From: Limisphaerales bacterium
GTDB lineage: Bacteria > Verrucomicrobiota > Verrucomicrobiia > Limisphaerales > UBA11358
Length of the DNA: 64,000 nucleotides
Reading direction: 5' to 3'
Assembly: GCA_003161635.1 (NCBI GenBank)
Contig: PMOA01000100.1
Coordinates: forward strand, 9,771 to 73,770
Below the pieces are notes generated by a model, which did not search any database, had not been told where the DNA came from, and saw only the letters and a list, made by a program, of their open reading frames with translations. Positions 57,091-64,000 of this stretch are shown here, in pieces. The first letter of the stretch is position 1. Each line of letters begins with the position of its first letter. Made by a program: the position numbers and the translations under genes.

Positions 57091-57165
57091 TCCAATATTT
57101 CAGCGAAGAAAATCAACGCCATTTTGCGCAAAAGAATCGCCAAAATGCGAACGCCCAAACACCTT
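57091..57165 (-). promoter_or_regulatory. conserved ~70-nt intercistronic element, copy 1 (upstream of the PEP-CTERM gene)
   Basis: TCCAATAT..CAGCGAAGAAAATCAACGCCATTTTGCGCAAAAGAATCGCCAAAATGCGAACGCCCAAACACCTT is about 88% identical over the core to 59741-59820. Confidence 0.6.
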
Positions 57166-57265
57166 CAAATAGCCTGTTTCACACGGAATAAAGCGGATCG
57201 TTACGGTCGCCGATCCGGCACGGAGCGCAGCAAGCTGGTCGTGCGTGCCCGCACGAACGTCGTTT

Positions 57266-59704
57266 TCATCGCCGCAAACGGTAGAACCCCTGGCCGTTGG
57301 TCGTGGACTGCGTGAGCCGCCATCGGTCGTTGACGAGCGTCGGAGACTGGGCAGCCGGCGTCCAGACCGGGTTTGTGCCAAGTGCAGAAGTGGTTTCCGG
57401 CACGAAGCCCACCGCCCACGACGGCCACGAAAGCGTCAGGCCCAAAGCGGAGTTGGATTGCACCAGGGTCACGGGCAGCGCAAGCGCATCCGGACCGAAC
57501 TGGTCGTTCACGGCGATTTCTTCCGGCGTGAGCCGCCCGTCGTAAATGCGCAACTCGTCAATGGTCGCGTTCAGCCACGCATCGGCGCTGAAAAGCGAGC
57601 GGCCAATGAACGACCATGCGGAACTCACATTGGTCAACGCGGGCCATGTGTTCGTGACGGCCTTTTCCAGCACCCCGTTTGTGTAAATACCGCTGTAGCC
57701 GGTCGCGGGGTTAACCAGGCACGCGATGTGGACGGTGCGATTATCCAACGTGCCGGCGATGTCCAGGTTTACGGTGCTGCTGGACACCCGATGCGTGCCG
57801 GCGCCCGTGTGTGGGCTGAAGAACAGGAAGTTTTGTCCGACGCTGCCGGAGATGTCCCCGAAGTCACAGACGCGCGCCGAACTTCCGTTCACGCCGAACG
57901 TGGCCCAGAATTCAATCGTCACCGCCGAGGAGCCGGAGACCAGTCCGCCGGGCAGGCTGACGTAGCCACCGGAGACGCCGGTGAGTTTGAGCGCGTTGTT
58001 CGTGACGGTCGCATTGCCCATGAGCGTGCCATGCGCCATGCCGATGGAGTCCCACGCGTTGCTCGCAAAGCTGTAACGATGCGCCAGCGCCGGATGCGCC
58101 CAGGCAACGTCCCTGACTTCCCTGGCGCTCAACGCGCGTCCGAAGATGCGGAAGGAATCAATCTTTCCGCTGAAGGCTGGATCGGGCCATTGACTCTTTC
58201 CGATGTAGTTGCTGCGCGCAAGCGTTTGCCAGGGGCGAATCGTCACGCTGGAGTTTGTTCCGACCGGATTGCCGTTGAGGTAAAGCAGACCTTTCGTGCC
58301 GTCGAGCGTGACGGCGACATGGCACCACGAGCCGGTGGGCATGGCGCTGGGCGCGTCAATGATTTGTTCGGCTCCGTTGCCGTTGATAGTGATGGCGAAA
58401 CGCATCTTCCCGTTGTTGGCGCGCGGCGTGAGGAACAGGTACTGGCTCGTTCCGGCGCCGAAATCGAACACGCGCTGCCAGTCGCCGCCACCGTTCCACT
58501 TGGCCCAGGCGGCAAACGTGCTGGCGTTCGCGACAGGAATGGGCAGAAAGACATATTGCGAAATGCCATCCAGGCTCAGGATATTGCCGCGCCCGGGTTC
58601 GTTGGTGATGACCGCGCCGTTCTGAAGCGTGCCGTTGTAAAGCGCCAGATGCTCGCGGGCGTCGGTGTCAAACGGGTAAAACGCGCTCCAGTCATTGGTG
58701 AGCACCGGCCAGCCATCATCGCTCCAGCTTAACCGCGCCAGGCCGAGCGTGGCCGTGCCGCCGTCGTTGCCGTCGTAGTAGTGATAGGTGAACCAGTTCG
58801 TGCCGTTGTCGTTCATGATGGCCGCGTGGCCGGGGCCGATGAAGCGCGCGGTGCTTTCCAGAAACATCGAGCCGCCGCCACTGGTCATATTGGTGCCGCT
58901 CTTGTCGTAATACGGCCCGGTGACACTGGTGCTGCGGCCCACGCGGATGTTGTAGGTGCTGTTCACGCCGGCGCAGCACCCGCCGAAGTTGACGAACAAA
59001 TAGTAATAGCCGCCGTGCTGGTAAAGACACGAGCCTTCCTCGGTGTTGCTGAAAAATACCGGGCCATTGTTGGAAACCCGGTAGATCGGGGAATTGGCCG
59101 AGATGCGTTTGCCGGTGGACGGATCCAACTGCATGATGAGAATGCCGTCCGAATACGAACCGAAGGACATCCACACCGTGCCGTTGATATCCACCATGAT
59201 GCTCGGGTCAATGCAGTTGTAGGCGGTGAGGTCGGTGTTGGTGGTCGTCGCAAAATTCGGGTTGGATTGGATGACTTTGCCCTGATCCGTCCAAACCGGC
59301 GAAACCAAGGAAGGCGAGGTGACGAGGCCGATGGCGGAATTGATCGTGCCCCACTCTGAGCAGGCATAGTAAAGATTATACCGGCCGTTGAAGTAGGCGT
59401 TGTCCGGCGCCCAGAAATATCCGGTGAAGTTAGTAATGGCATTGGTCGTCCACGCCGGCGGACCGCCGGGAAACACGGCGCTGACGGCGGTCCAGTTGCG
59501 CAGGTCAGTGGAAGTTATTCCCGAGATGCCCTGACCGTCACCAAAGACGAAATAATTGTTGCCGTCCTTGATCATCGTGCCCGGGTCATGCAAATAGTAG
59601 TTACCGTAAAAGGGCATCTGGGCATTGGCCGTCCGCAGGCAAAACAACGCCAGCAGGCAGAATGCTGCCCACCGCAATCCATGTCCAAAACAGTTCATTG
59701 GCAT
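57266..59704 (-). CDS. GH43 endo-arabinanase-like catalytic domain plus three LamG/concanavalin-like domains plus FYRL-ending C-terminal domain
   Basis: Signal peptide. GH43 blocks: YLHDPGTMIKDGNNYFVFG, YFWAPD, FGSYSDGILIMQLDPSTGK, EGSCLYQHGGYYYLFVNFGGCCAG.NSTYNIRVGRS, GPGH. The downstream modules repeat the pattern WA.....G..W.RVFDFG and LDGT...LY.NG. Confidence 0.88.
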   Translation of the reverse strand: MPMNCFGHGLRWAAFCLLALFCLRTANAQMPFYGNYYLHDPGTMIKDGNNYFVFGDGQGISGITSTDLRNWTAVSAVFPGGPPAWTTNAITNFTGYFWAPDNAYFNGRYNLYYACSEWGTINSAIGLVTSPSLVSPVWTDQGKVIQSNPNFATTTNTDLTAYNCIDPSIMVDINGTVWMSFGSYSDGILIMQLDPSTGKRISANSPIYRVSNNGPVFFSNTEEGSCLYQHGGYYYLFVNFGGCCAGVNSTYNIRVGRSTSVTGPYYDKSGTNMTSGGGSMFLESTARFIGPGHAAIMNDNGTNWFTYHYYDGNDGGTATLGLARLSWSDDGWPVLTNDWSAFYPFDTDAREHLALYNGTLQNGAVITNEPGRGNILSLDGISQYVFLPIPVANASTFAAWAKWNGGGDWQRVFDFGAGTSQYLFLTPRANNGKMRFAITINGNGAEQIIDAPSAMPTGSWCHVAVTLDGTKGLLYLNGNPVGTNSSVTIRPWQTLARSNYIGKSQWPDPAFSGKIDSFRIFGRALSAREVRDVAWAHPALAHRYSFASNAWDSIGMAHGTLMGNATVTNNALKLTGVSGGYVSLPGGLVSGSSAVTIEFWATFGVNGSSARVCDFGDISGSVGQNFLFFSPHTGAGTHRVSSSTVNLDIAGTLDNRTVHIACLVNPATGYSGIYTNGVLEKAVTNTWPALTNVSSAWSFIGRSLFSADAWLNATIDELRIYDGRLTPEEIAVNDQFGPDALALPVTLVQSNSALGLTLSWPSWAVGFVPETTSALGTNPVWTPAAQSPTLVNDRWRLTQSTTNGQGFYRLRR

Positions 59705-59740
59705 CCTATTATGTCATCCGGGTCGCAACACAATCACCAC

Positions 59741-59820
59741 TCCAATATCCAACATTGCAGCGAAGAAACAAACGCCACTTTGCGGAAAATGACCGCCAAA
59801 ATGCGAACGCCAAACATCTT
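59741..59820 (-). promoter_or_regulatory. conserved ~70-nt intercistronic element, copy 2 (between GH51 stop and GH43-LamG start)
   Basis: TCCAATAT..CAGCGAAGAAACAAACGCCACTTTGCGGAAAATGACCGCCAAAATGCGAACGCCAAACATCTT. The 18-mer CGCCAAAATGCGAACGCC is identical in both copies. Confidence 0.6.
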
Positions 59821-62281
59821 AATTTTGTGGAATCCGCAACGTGGTCAATGAGTATGGCTCCATCGTGCAGGTGAACACGGGCGCAATGCCGGGGAGTTCG
59901 CCTTTCCGCGGCGCGACGGCATCCGGTTTATCGAGCGAATTTTCGGCGTCCGGATCGGGGTTCGTCAATGTGATGGTCCGGGCTTTGTTTCCCAGTTTGC
60001 CGGCGCCGTTCAGTTTTATCGTCACGGACATGGGCTCGGCAAACGGATTGACCATTTGCAAGACCAGTTCACCGGCGCGCTGGTCGCGGCCGGCGGCGGC
60101 ATAGAAGGTTGCGACCGGTTTGTATTCAGCCTCGTGGATCAGTTTGCCGTCGAGATACGCTTTCACGTTGCCACCATGCAATTCAATGCGGATGTCATAC
60201 CAACGGCCAGTTTCGATTGAACCGCGCACGTGGTTTTCCACCAAGCTTCCGCCTTGCAATGAGTGCTCGGCGTTGCCCCAGCCGCCGAGGTTCCACCAGA
60301 CGGGGTGGTTGATGTCCGGCGTCTGGAACAGGACGAGGAAACCTTCGTCGCCGCCAAGCTTGCGCGCCTTCAAGGTCAGGGTGTAATTCGTCCAAGCGGG
60401 GTCCCCAAAGACCGCGCGAATGTTCTCGCCGGCAGCATTCTGCCGCAAGACGCCGTCCACCACGGTCCAATCACCGCCCGCCGTTTTCCAGCCTTCCAGC
60501 CCTTTCGTGAAATCACTTTCATACAAGATCCGGCCGGCCGGGGTGACGACGCGGATGTTCTTGTATTCCGCGCGTGTGTTCCAGGTGCCCACCCCGACCA
60601 TGCCGGCATGAGATTCCGTGGTCCGGGGGGCCTCGACGTTCACGGGCAAAACCACATCTGGCCGGTTTTGCGCGAATTGCGCCTGAACATAATACGATGG
60701 AGTCAATTCGACGCGGGAGTTGTCGAACCAGATCAAATCCGGGTGCCATTGGTCGTGGCCCACCTTGCCGAACAGCGGCGCGTAGGAGGCCAGCAGGACT
60801 TCATCCGCATTCTTCCACAGACCGGTCATATAAGCGGCTTCAGCGAGGGCGGCGCGCAGGTTGTTTCGCCGGGCAGTGCCATCGTGGGCCGCAAATTCGC
60901 CGACGAAAATTTTCGGGCCTTTGCGGTCATAGCTGTCGTAACGGTTCACATTTTCATACAACCACCGTGACGGCACATAATAATGTTCGTCCACCACATC
61001 CGCCGGCGTGCCGGTGCGGAATTTGTTCCATGCAAACTGCCAGAGCGAATCGTTGGGGAGCGGCCCGGCACCGCTGATGATCTTGATCTCCGGATATTTT
61101 GCCTTGATGGCCCGATGGAATACATCGTAGCGGTCAAAATAAACCTGCTGCCACTGCTCGTTCCCGACGGCGATGAACTTCATATTGAACGGTGCGGGAT
61201 GTCCCATCGCGGCGCGTTTGGCGCCCCAGACGCTGTTGATCGGGCCATTGGCGAATTCAATCAAATCGAGGGCATCCTGCACGTAGGGGCCAAGCTGGTC
61301 GAGCGGCACGGGCGGGCCTTTGCGGGCTTGGCAGCACATGCCGCAGTTGACCACCGGCACCGGTTCCGCGCCGACGTCTTGGCAAAACTGGAAATATTCA
61401 AAGAAGCCGAGCCCATAGGTCTGGTTGTATTCCGGCGACCGGCTGTCCTGCCATACGTTCCAGTTTTGTTTGCGTTCGGACACATCCCCGATGGTGTCCT
61501 TCCACCGGTACATGTTGCCAAAGTCCTTGCCTTCGACGACACAGCCGCCGGGAAAACGCAGGAACCCGGGCTTCATATCCGACAGTGCCTGTGCCAGGTC
61601 GGCCCGCAATCCATTGCGCCGACCGTGGAAGGTCTTTTCCGGAAACAGCGAAACCATGTCTACATCCACCACGCCCGGTTGGGTGGCCAGCACGACGAGC
61701 CGGGCATTCGTGACCGAAGCGGTGCTGGCAAGCTTTGCCTCGAATTTCTTCCAGGTTTCGCCAATGTCCGTGATGTCGGTGGCCGCCAAAGCCTGACCGC
61801 TGGCATCTTCGAGGGCGACGTGAAGTGCCGCCGAATCTCCCGCCCGCCGCCGTGCGTAAACCGAGAACAGATAATTGTCACCGGCATGCAAGACGATGCC
61901 ATCGAAACCCGCGTTGACCGCGCCGTACCCGGTATTGCCGGGATCAACGGCATAGATGCGGAGGAAATGAAGATTATTGGCGTTGAGCGGCGATTCGGAT
62001 TCAACCATGAGCCGGCCCTTGGCTCCGGCGTTCGTCACTTCACTCCAGGCGTAGAACGGTTCGCGATCCTCGAAGGAGCGGTTTTGCACCAGTTCGGCGT
62101 AAAGCCCGCCGTCAGCCCCATAATTGATGTCCTCGAAAAACAGCCCGTGCAACGTGGGCGGAACCGCCAGCCCGGGGTTGTTCACGTCCACAGTGACTCG
62201 CGCCTGGGCGGCGCCGGTATTGAACGGCACGGCGGACGCCGCGGCCAGCGCGAAAATAATCAGAAGGACGCTTGGGTTCAT
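59819..62281 (-). CDS. GH51 alpha-L-arabinofuranosidase with an extra concanavalin/DUF1080-like module
   Basis: Signal peptide. Motifs: GLFFEDINYGADGGLYAELVQNRSFE, LRFPGGC.VEG, YRWKDTIG, FIAVGNEQW (acid/base Glu), VDEHYY, FVGEFA. The extra module is GWKTAGGDWTVVDGVLRQ...GFLVLFQ...WYDIRIEL.G..VKAYLDG. Confidence 0.9.
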   Translation of the reverse strand: MNPSVLLIIFALAAASAVPFNTGAAQARVTVDVNNPGLAVPPTLHGLFFEDINYGADGGLYAELVQNRSFEDREPFYAWSEVTNAGAKGRLMVESESPLNANNLHFLRIYAVDPGNTGYGAVNAGFDGIVLHAGDNYLFSVYARRRAGDSAALHVALEDASGQALAATDITDIGETWKKFEAKLASTASVTNARLVVLATQPGVVDVDMVSLFPEKTFHGRRNGLRADLAQALSDMKPGFLRFPGGCVVEGKDFGNMYRWKDTIGDVSERKQNWNVWQDSRSPEYNQTYGLGFFEYFQFCQDVGAEPVPVVNCGMCCQARKGPPVPLDQLGPYVQDALDLIEFANGPINSVWGAKRAAMGHPAPFNMKFIAVGNEQWQQVYFDRYDVFHRAIKAKYPEIKIISGAGPLPNDSLWQFAWNKFRTGTPADVVDEHYYVPSRWLYENVNRYDSYDRKGPKIFVGEFAAHDGTARRNNLRAALAEAAYMTGLWKNADEVLLASYAPLFGKVGHDQWHPDLIWFDNSRVELTPSYYVQAQFAQNRPDVVLPVNVEAPRTTESHAGMVGVGTWNTRAEYKNIRVVTPAGRILYESDFTKGLEGWKTAGGDWTVVDGVLRQNAAGENIRAVFGDPAWTNYTLTLKARKLGGDEGFLVLFQTPDINHPVWWNLGGWGNAEHSLQGGSLVENHVRGSIETGRWYDIRIELHGGNVKAYLDGKLIHEAEYKPVATFYAAAGRDQRAGELVLQMVNPFAEPMSVTIKLNGAGKLGNKARTITLTNPDPDAENSLDKPDAVAPRKGELPGIAPVFTCTMEPYSLTTLRIPQN

Positions 62282-62324
62282 GGTTCGGATTTTTATATGT
62301 CTTTTGATGCGAGGCGAGGCGGGT

Positions 62325-63395
62325 TCATTTTGCCGGAGGCATTTTCACTTCCGGCCAGCCATGGGCATCCCAGCGGAAGGGCAGGATGGCCAGCGTCGGC
62401 AGGCCATGCCGGGTGCCATCATAAAAATGACAACTCAGCCAATCGGTGCCGCCTTCGGAAACAATGCCGGCGTGTCCCGGTCCGATGAACGGCCCGGCGG
62501 TGCTTAAAAGCAAGGTGCCGCCCCCGGCCATTAAATCCGTTCCGTCCTTGTCGAGGTACGGCCCGGTGACTTTTTTGCTCCGGCCCACCCGAATCTCGTA
62601 GGTACTGTTCGTTCCCCGGCAGCAACGCCCCCAGTTGACGAAGAGGTAATAATAACCGGCGTGACGATAAATATAGGACGCTTCAATGGAATCGTTGCAG
62701 GCCAGCGAGTACAGGGGGGAATTGGTGGCCATCCGTTTGCCGGTGTTTGGGTCAAGTTGAATCAATTTGATGCCGCCCCAAAAGGAACCGAACGCGAGCC
62801 AAAGATTGCCGTCGGCATCCTGCACAATGGCCGGATCAATCGTGTTAAAATTGTCGGTGTTGGTGGATTGAACGACGATTCCCTGGTCCGACCAATGGAA
62901 CTGCGGATCGCCGGGGTCCAACGTGGGATTGACCGCCAAGCCGATGGCCGACTGGTTTTTGCCAAAAGACGAGACAGAATAGTAAAGCAGGTAACGATTG
63001 CCGAGATGAATGACGTCGGGTGCCCAGTAATACAGCCAACGGTTGGCCGGGACGGCCTGGGCAACCCAGGCCGGTGCGTTGGTGAAAACACCGGGCCCGG
63101 GTTCCCATTTCACCAGATCTTTGGAGTGATAAGAGGGAACACCCCGGCCCGTGTAAAAAACCCAATACTCGTCCTTGCATTTGACAATCGTGGACGGGTC
63201 ATGCGCGCGGACTTGACGGCTGCCGAACTCCGCCAGTAGCGAGGTTGTGCGGGCCGCGGCTTGAGTTGGCATGGAATTGATTTGCGCCGGGACCGGCGTT
63301 CCCACCGCCAGCAAAAGCGCAACCACAATCGCCCGTATAACGTTTTCAATGCGATTCCGGCCAGGATTCATTTGCGAGTTGTTGAAAGGGTTCAT
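62325..63395 (-). CDS. GH43 endo-1,5-alpha-L-arabinanase
   Basis: I prefer ATG 63395 (MNPFNNSQ...), which overlaps the upstream stop (ATGA). Motifs: AHDPSTIVKCKDEYWVFYTG, YWAPDV, FGSFWGGIKLIQLDPNTGK, IEASYIYRHAGYYYLFVNWGRCCRG.NSTYEIRVGRS, GPGH. Confidence 0.9.
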   Translation of the reverse strand: MNPFNNSQMNPGRNRIENVIRAIVVALLLAVGTPVPAQINSMPTQAAARTTSLLAEFGSRQVRAHDPSTIVKCKDEYWVFYTGRGVPSYHSKDLVKWEPGPGVFTNAPAWVAQAVPANRWLYYWAPDVIHLGNRYLLYYSVSSFGKNQSAIGLAVNPTLDPGDPQFHWSDQGIVVQSTNTDNFNTIDPAIVQDADGNLWLAFGSFWGGIKLIQLDPNTGKRMATNSPLYSLACNDSIEASYIYRHAGYYYLFVNWGRCCRGTNSTYEIRVGRSKKVTGPYLDKDGTDLMAGGGTLLLSTAGPFIGPGHAGIVSEGGTDWLSCHFYDGTRHGLPTLAILPFRWDAHGWPEVKMPPAK

Positions 63396-64000
63396 CGCAC
63401 CAGACGGAAAAATTCGGCCGCCGGGGAATCCGGGATGCGAACCGGGTTGGCGGCGTTGTTGTTGGTTGTCCACGGCCCGATTACATTGGTGGCCTCGAGC
63501 AGGGTTGCCGTGGGGTCGATCCAATAGACCAAGGTTTCGTCCGGGTAAAGGGCCAGTCCGATTTTCAACGGATCGCCCGGCGACGAATCCTCAACGAAGT
63601 AAGCACGGGACACGGCCCCCAACAGGCTGTTGACCGGATTGCTCAAAGTGACCCGGAAGAAGGTGCCGGGCTGAAGCAGCGTGGCCGGCAAGGGAAGGTT
63701 GGTGGTCAAAATGCCGGGAACGATCTGGAGCGTGCCGTTGGTCACGAAACGGCCATCCGCCGTTTCGATGCGGTAATCCACGGCAACGGCGTTGGTGACA
63801 AAGGGATTGAGGCCGACGGGAATGCCGTCGGGCAATGAGGCAAGGTCATTCAAGTTTGTCCCGACCTTGAGGTCCACCTGGATGGGCAGCGTGGGCGGCG
63901 TCTGCAGCCGGAGGATGGAGAGCGAATTGGCCGGGAAGGCATAAACAAAGTTCGTGCCGGCGTTGGTGATGGTAGTGGTGACGGGAAACACCTTGGTCGG
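63392..64000 (-). CDS. C-terminal part of a larger secreted protein (beta-sandwich end, Calx-beta-like module, FFRL-ending domain); gene starts beyond the right edge
   Basis: The ORF is open to the window end. FAFPANSLSILRL resembles the end of a glycosidase beta-sandwich. AVAVDYRIETADG...GTLQIVPG...FRVTLSNP is Calx-beta-like. The protein ends TNVIGPWTT...AAEFFRLVR. Confidence 0.6.
   Translation of the reverse strand, partial: PTKVFPVTTTITNAGTNFVYAFPANSLSILRLQTPPTLPIQVDLKVGTNLNDLASLPDGIPVGLNPFVTNAVAVDYRIETADGRFVTNGTLQIVPGILTTNLPLPATLLQPGTFFRVTLSNPVNSLLGAVSRAYFVEDSSPGDPLKIGLALYPDETLVYWIDPTATLLEATNVIGPWTTNNNAANPVRIPDSPAAEFFRLVR

Noticed and set aside
57128-57142. Sigma-54-type -24/-12 promoter (TGGCGA-N5-TTGC on the minus strand) inside copy 1 of the conserved element.
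   Set aside because: The equivalent position in copy 2 reads TGGCGG-N5-TTCC, so the GC of the -12 box is not conserved. No enhancer-binding protein gene is nearby. I kept it only as part of the broader element finding.

Overview
The window is 64 kb of chromosomal DNA from a moderately GC-rich Gram-negative bacterium. I infer Verrucomicrobiota from the PEP-CTERM protein, the CAZyme content and the characteristic small repeat families. About 55 genes can be called, most of them housekeeping or envelope functions.

Gene content, left to right:
- A PAS/GAF sensor that runs off the left edge.
- Deoxyhypusine-synthase-like and agmatine deiminase genes.
- A small low-GC islet with a Phd-like/PemK-like toxin-antitoxin pair and two small membrane proteins.
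- ileS, then glnB, a probable oriC, dnaA, clpX, clpP, rsmA, queE, thiD, a hybrid histidine kinase and Pol X.
- An EPS export block: outer-membrane barrel, Wzc-like tyrosine kinase, Wza-like exporter, FHA protein.
- purH, then a TolC/HlyD/ABC/ABC-2 efflux set.
- An opgG-X-opgH glucan locus.
- aroQ-accB-accC and holB.
- A pectin/arabinan utilisation cluster: PL10-like lyase, araA, two GH43 genes and one GH51.

I saw no rRNA, tRNA, CRISPR array, transposase, integrase or phage genes.

The most unusual signal is non-genic. The window is saturated with several families of REP/MITE-like palindromic elements. At least four or five copies sit in-frame inside conserved genes: aguA, ileS (two or three times), rsmA, and possibly queE. 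Compensatory stem substitutions between copies support a selected hairpin structure.

Secondary leads:
- A shared roughly 70-aa C-terminal domain ending in [FY][FY]RL on three secreted enzymes.
- An unknown gene translationally coupled between opgG and opgH.
- A conserved roughly 70-nt intercistronic element present twice in the arabinan cluster.

I did not find a convincing multi-gene defence-type system. All functional calls rest on motif recognition by eye, not on database searches.
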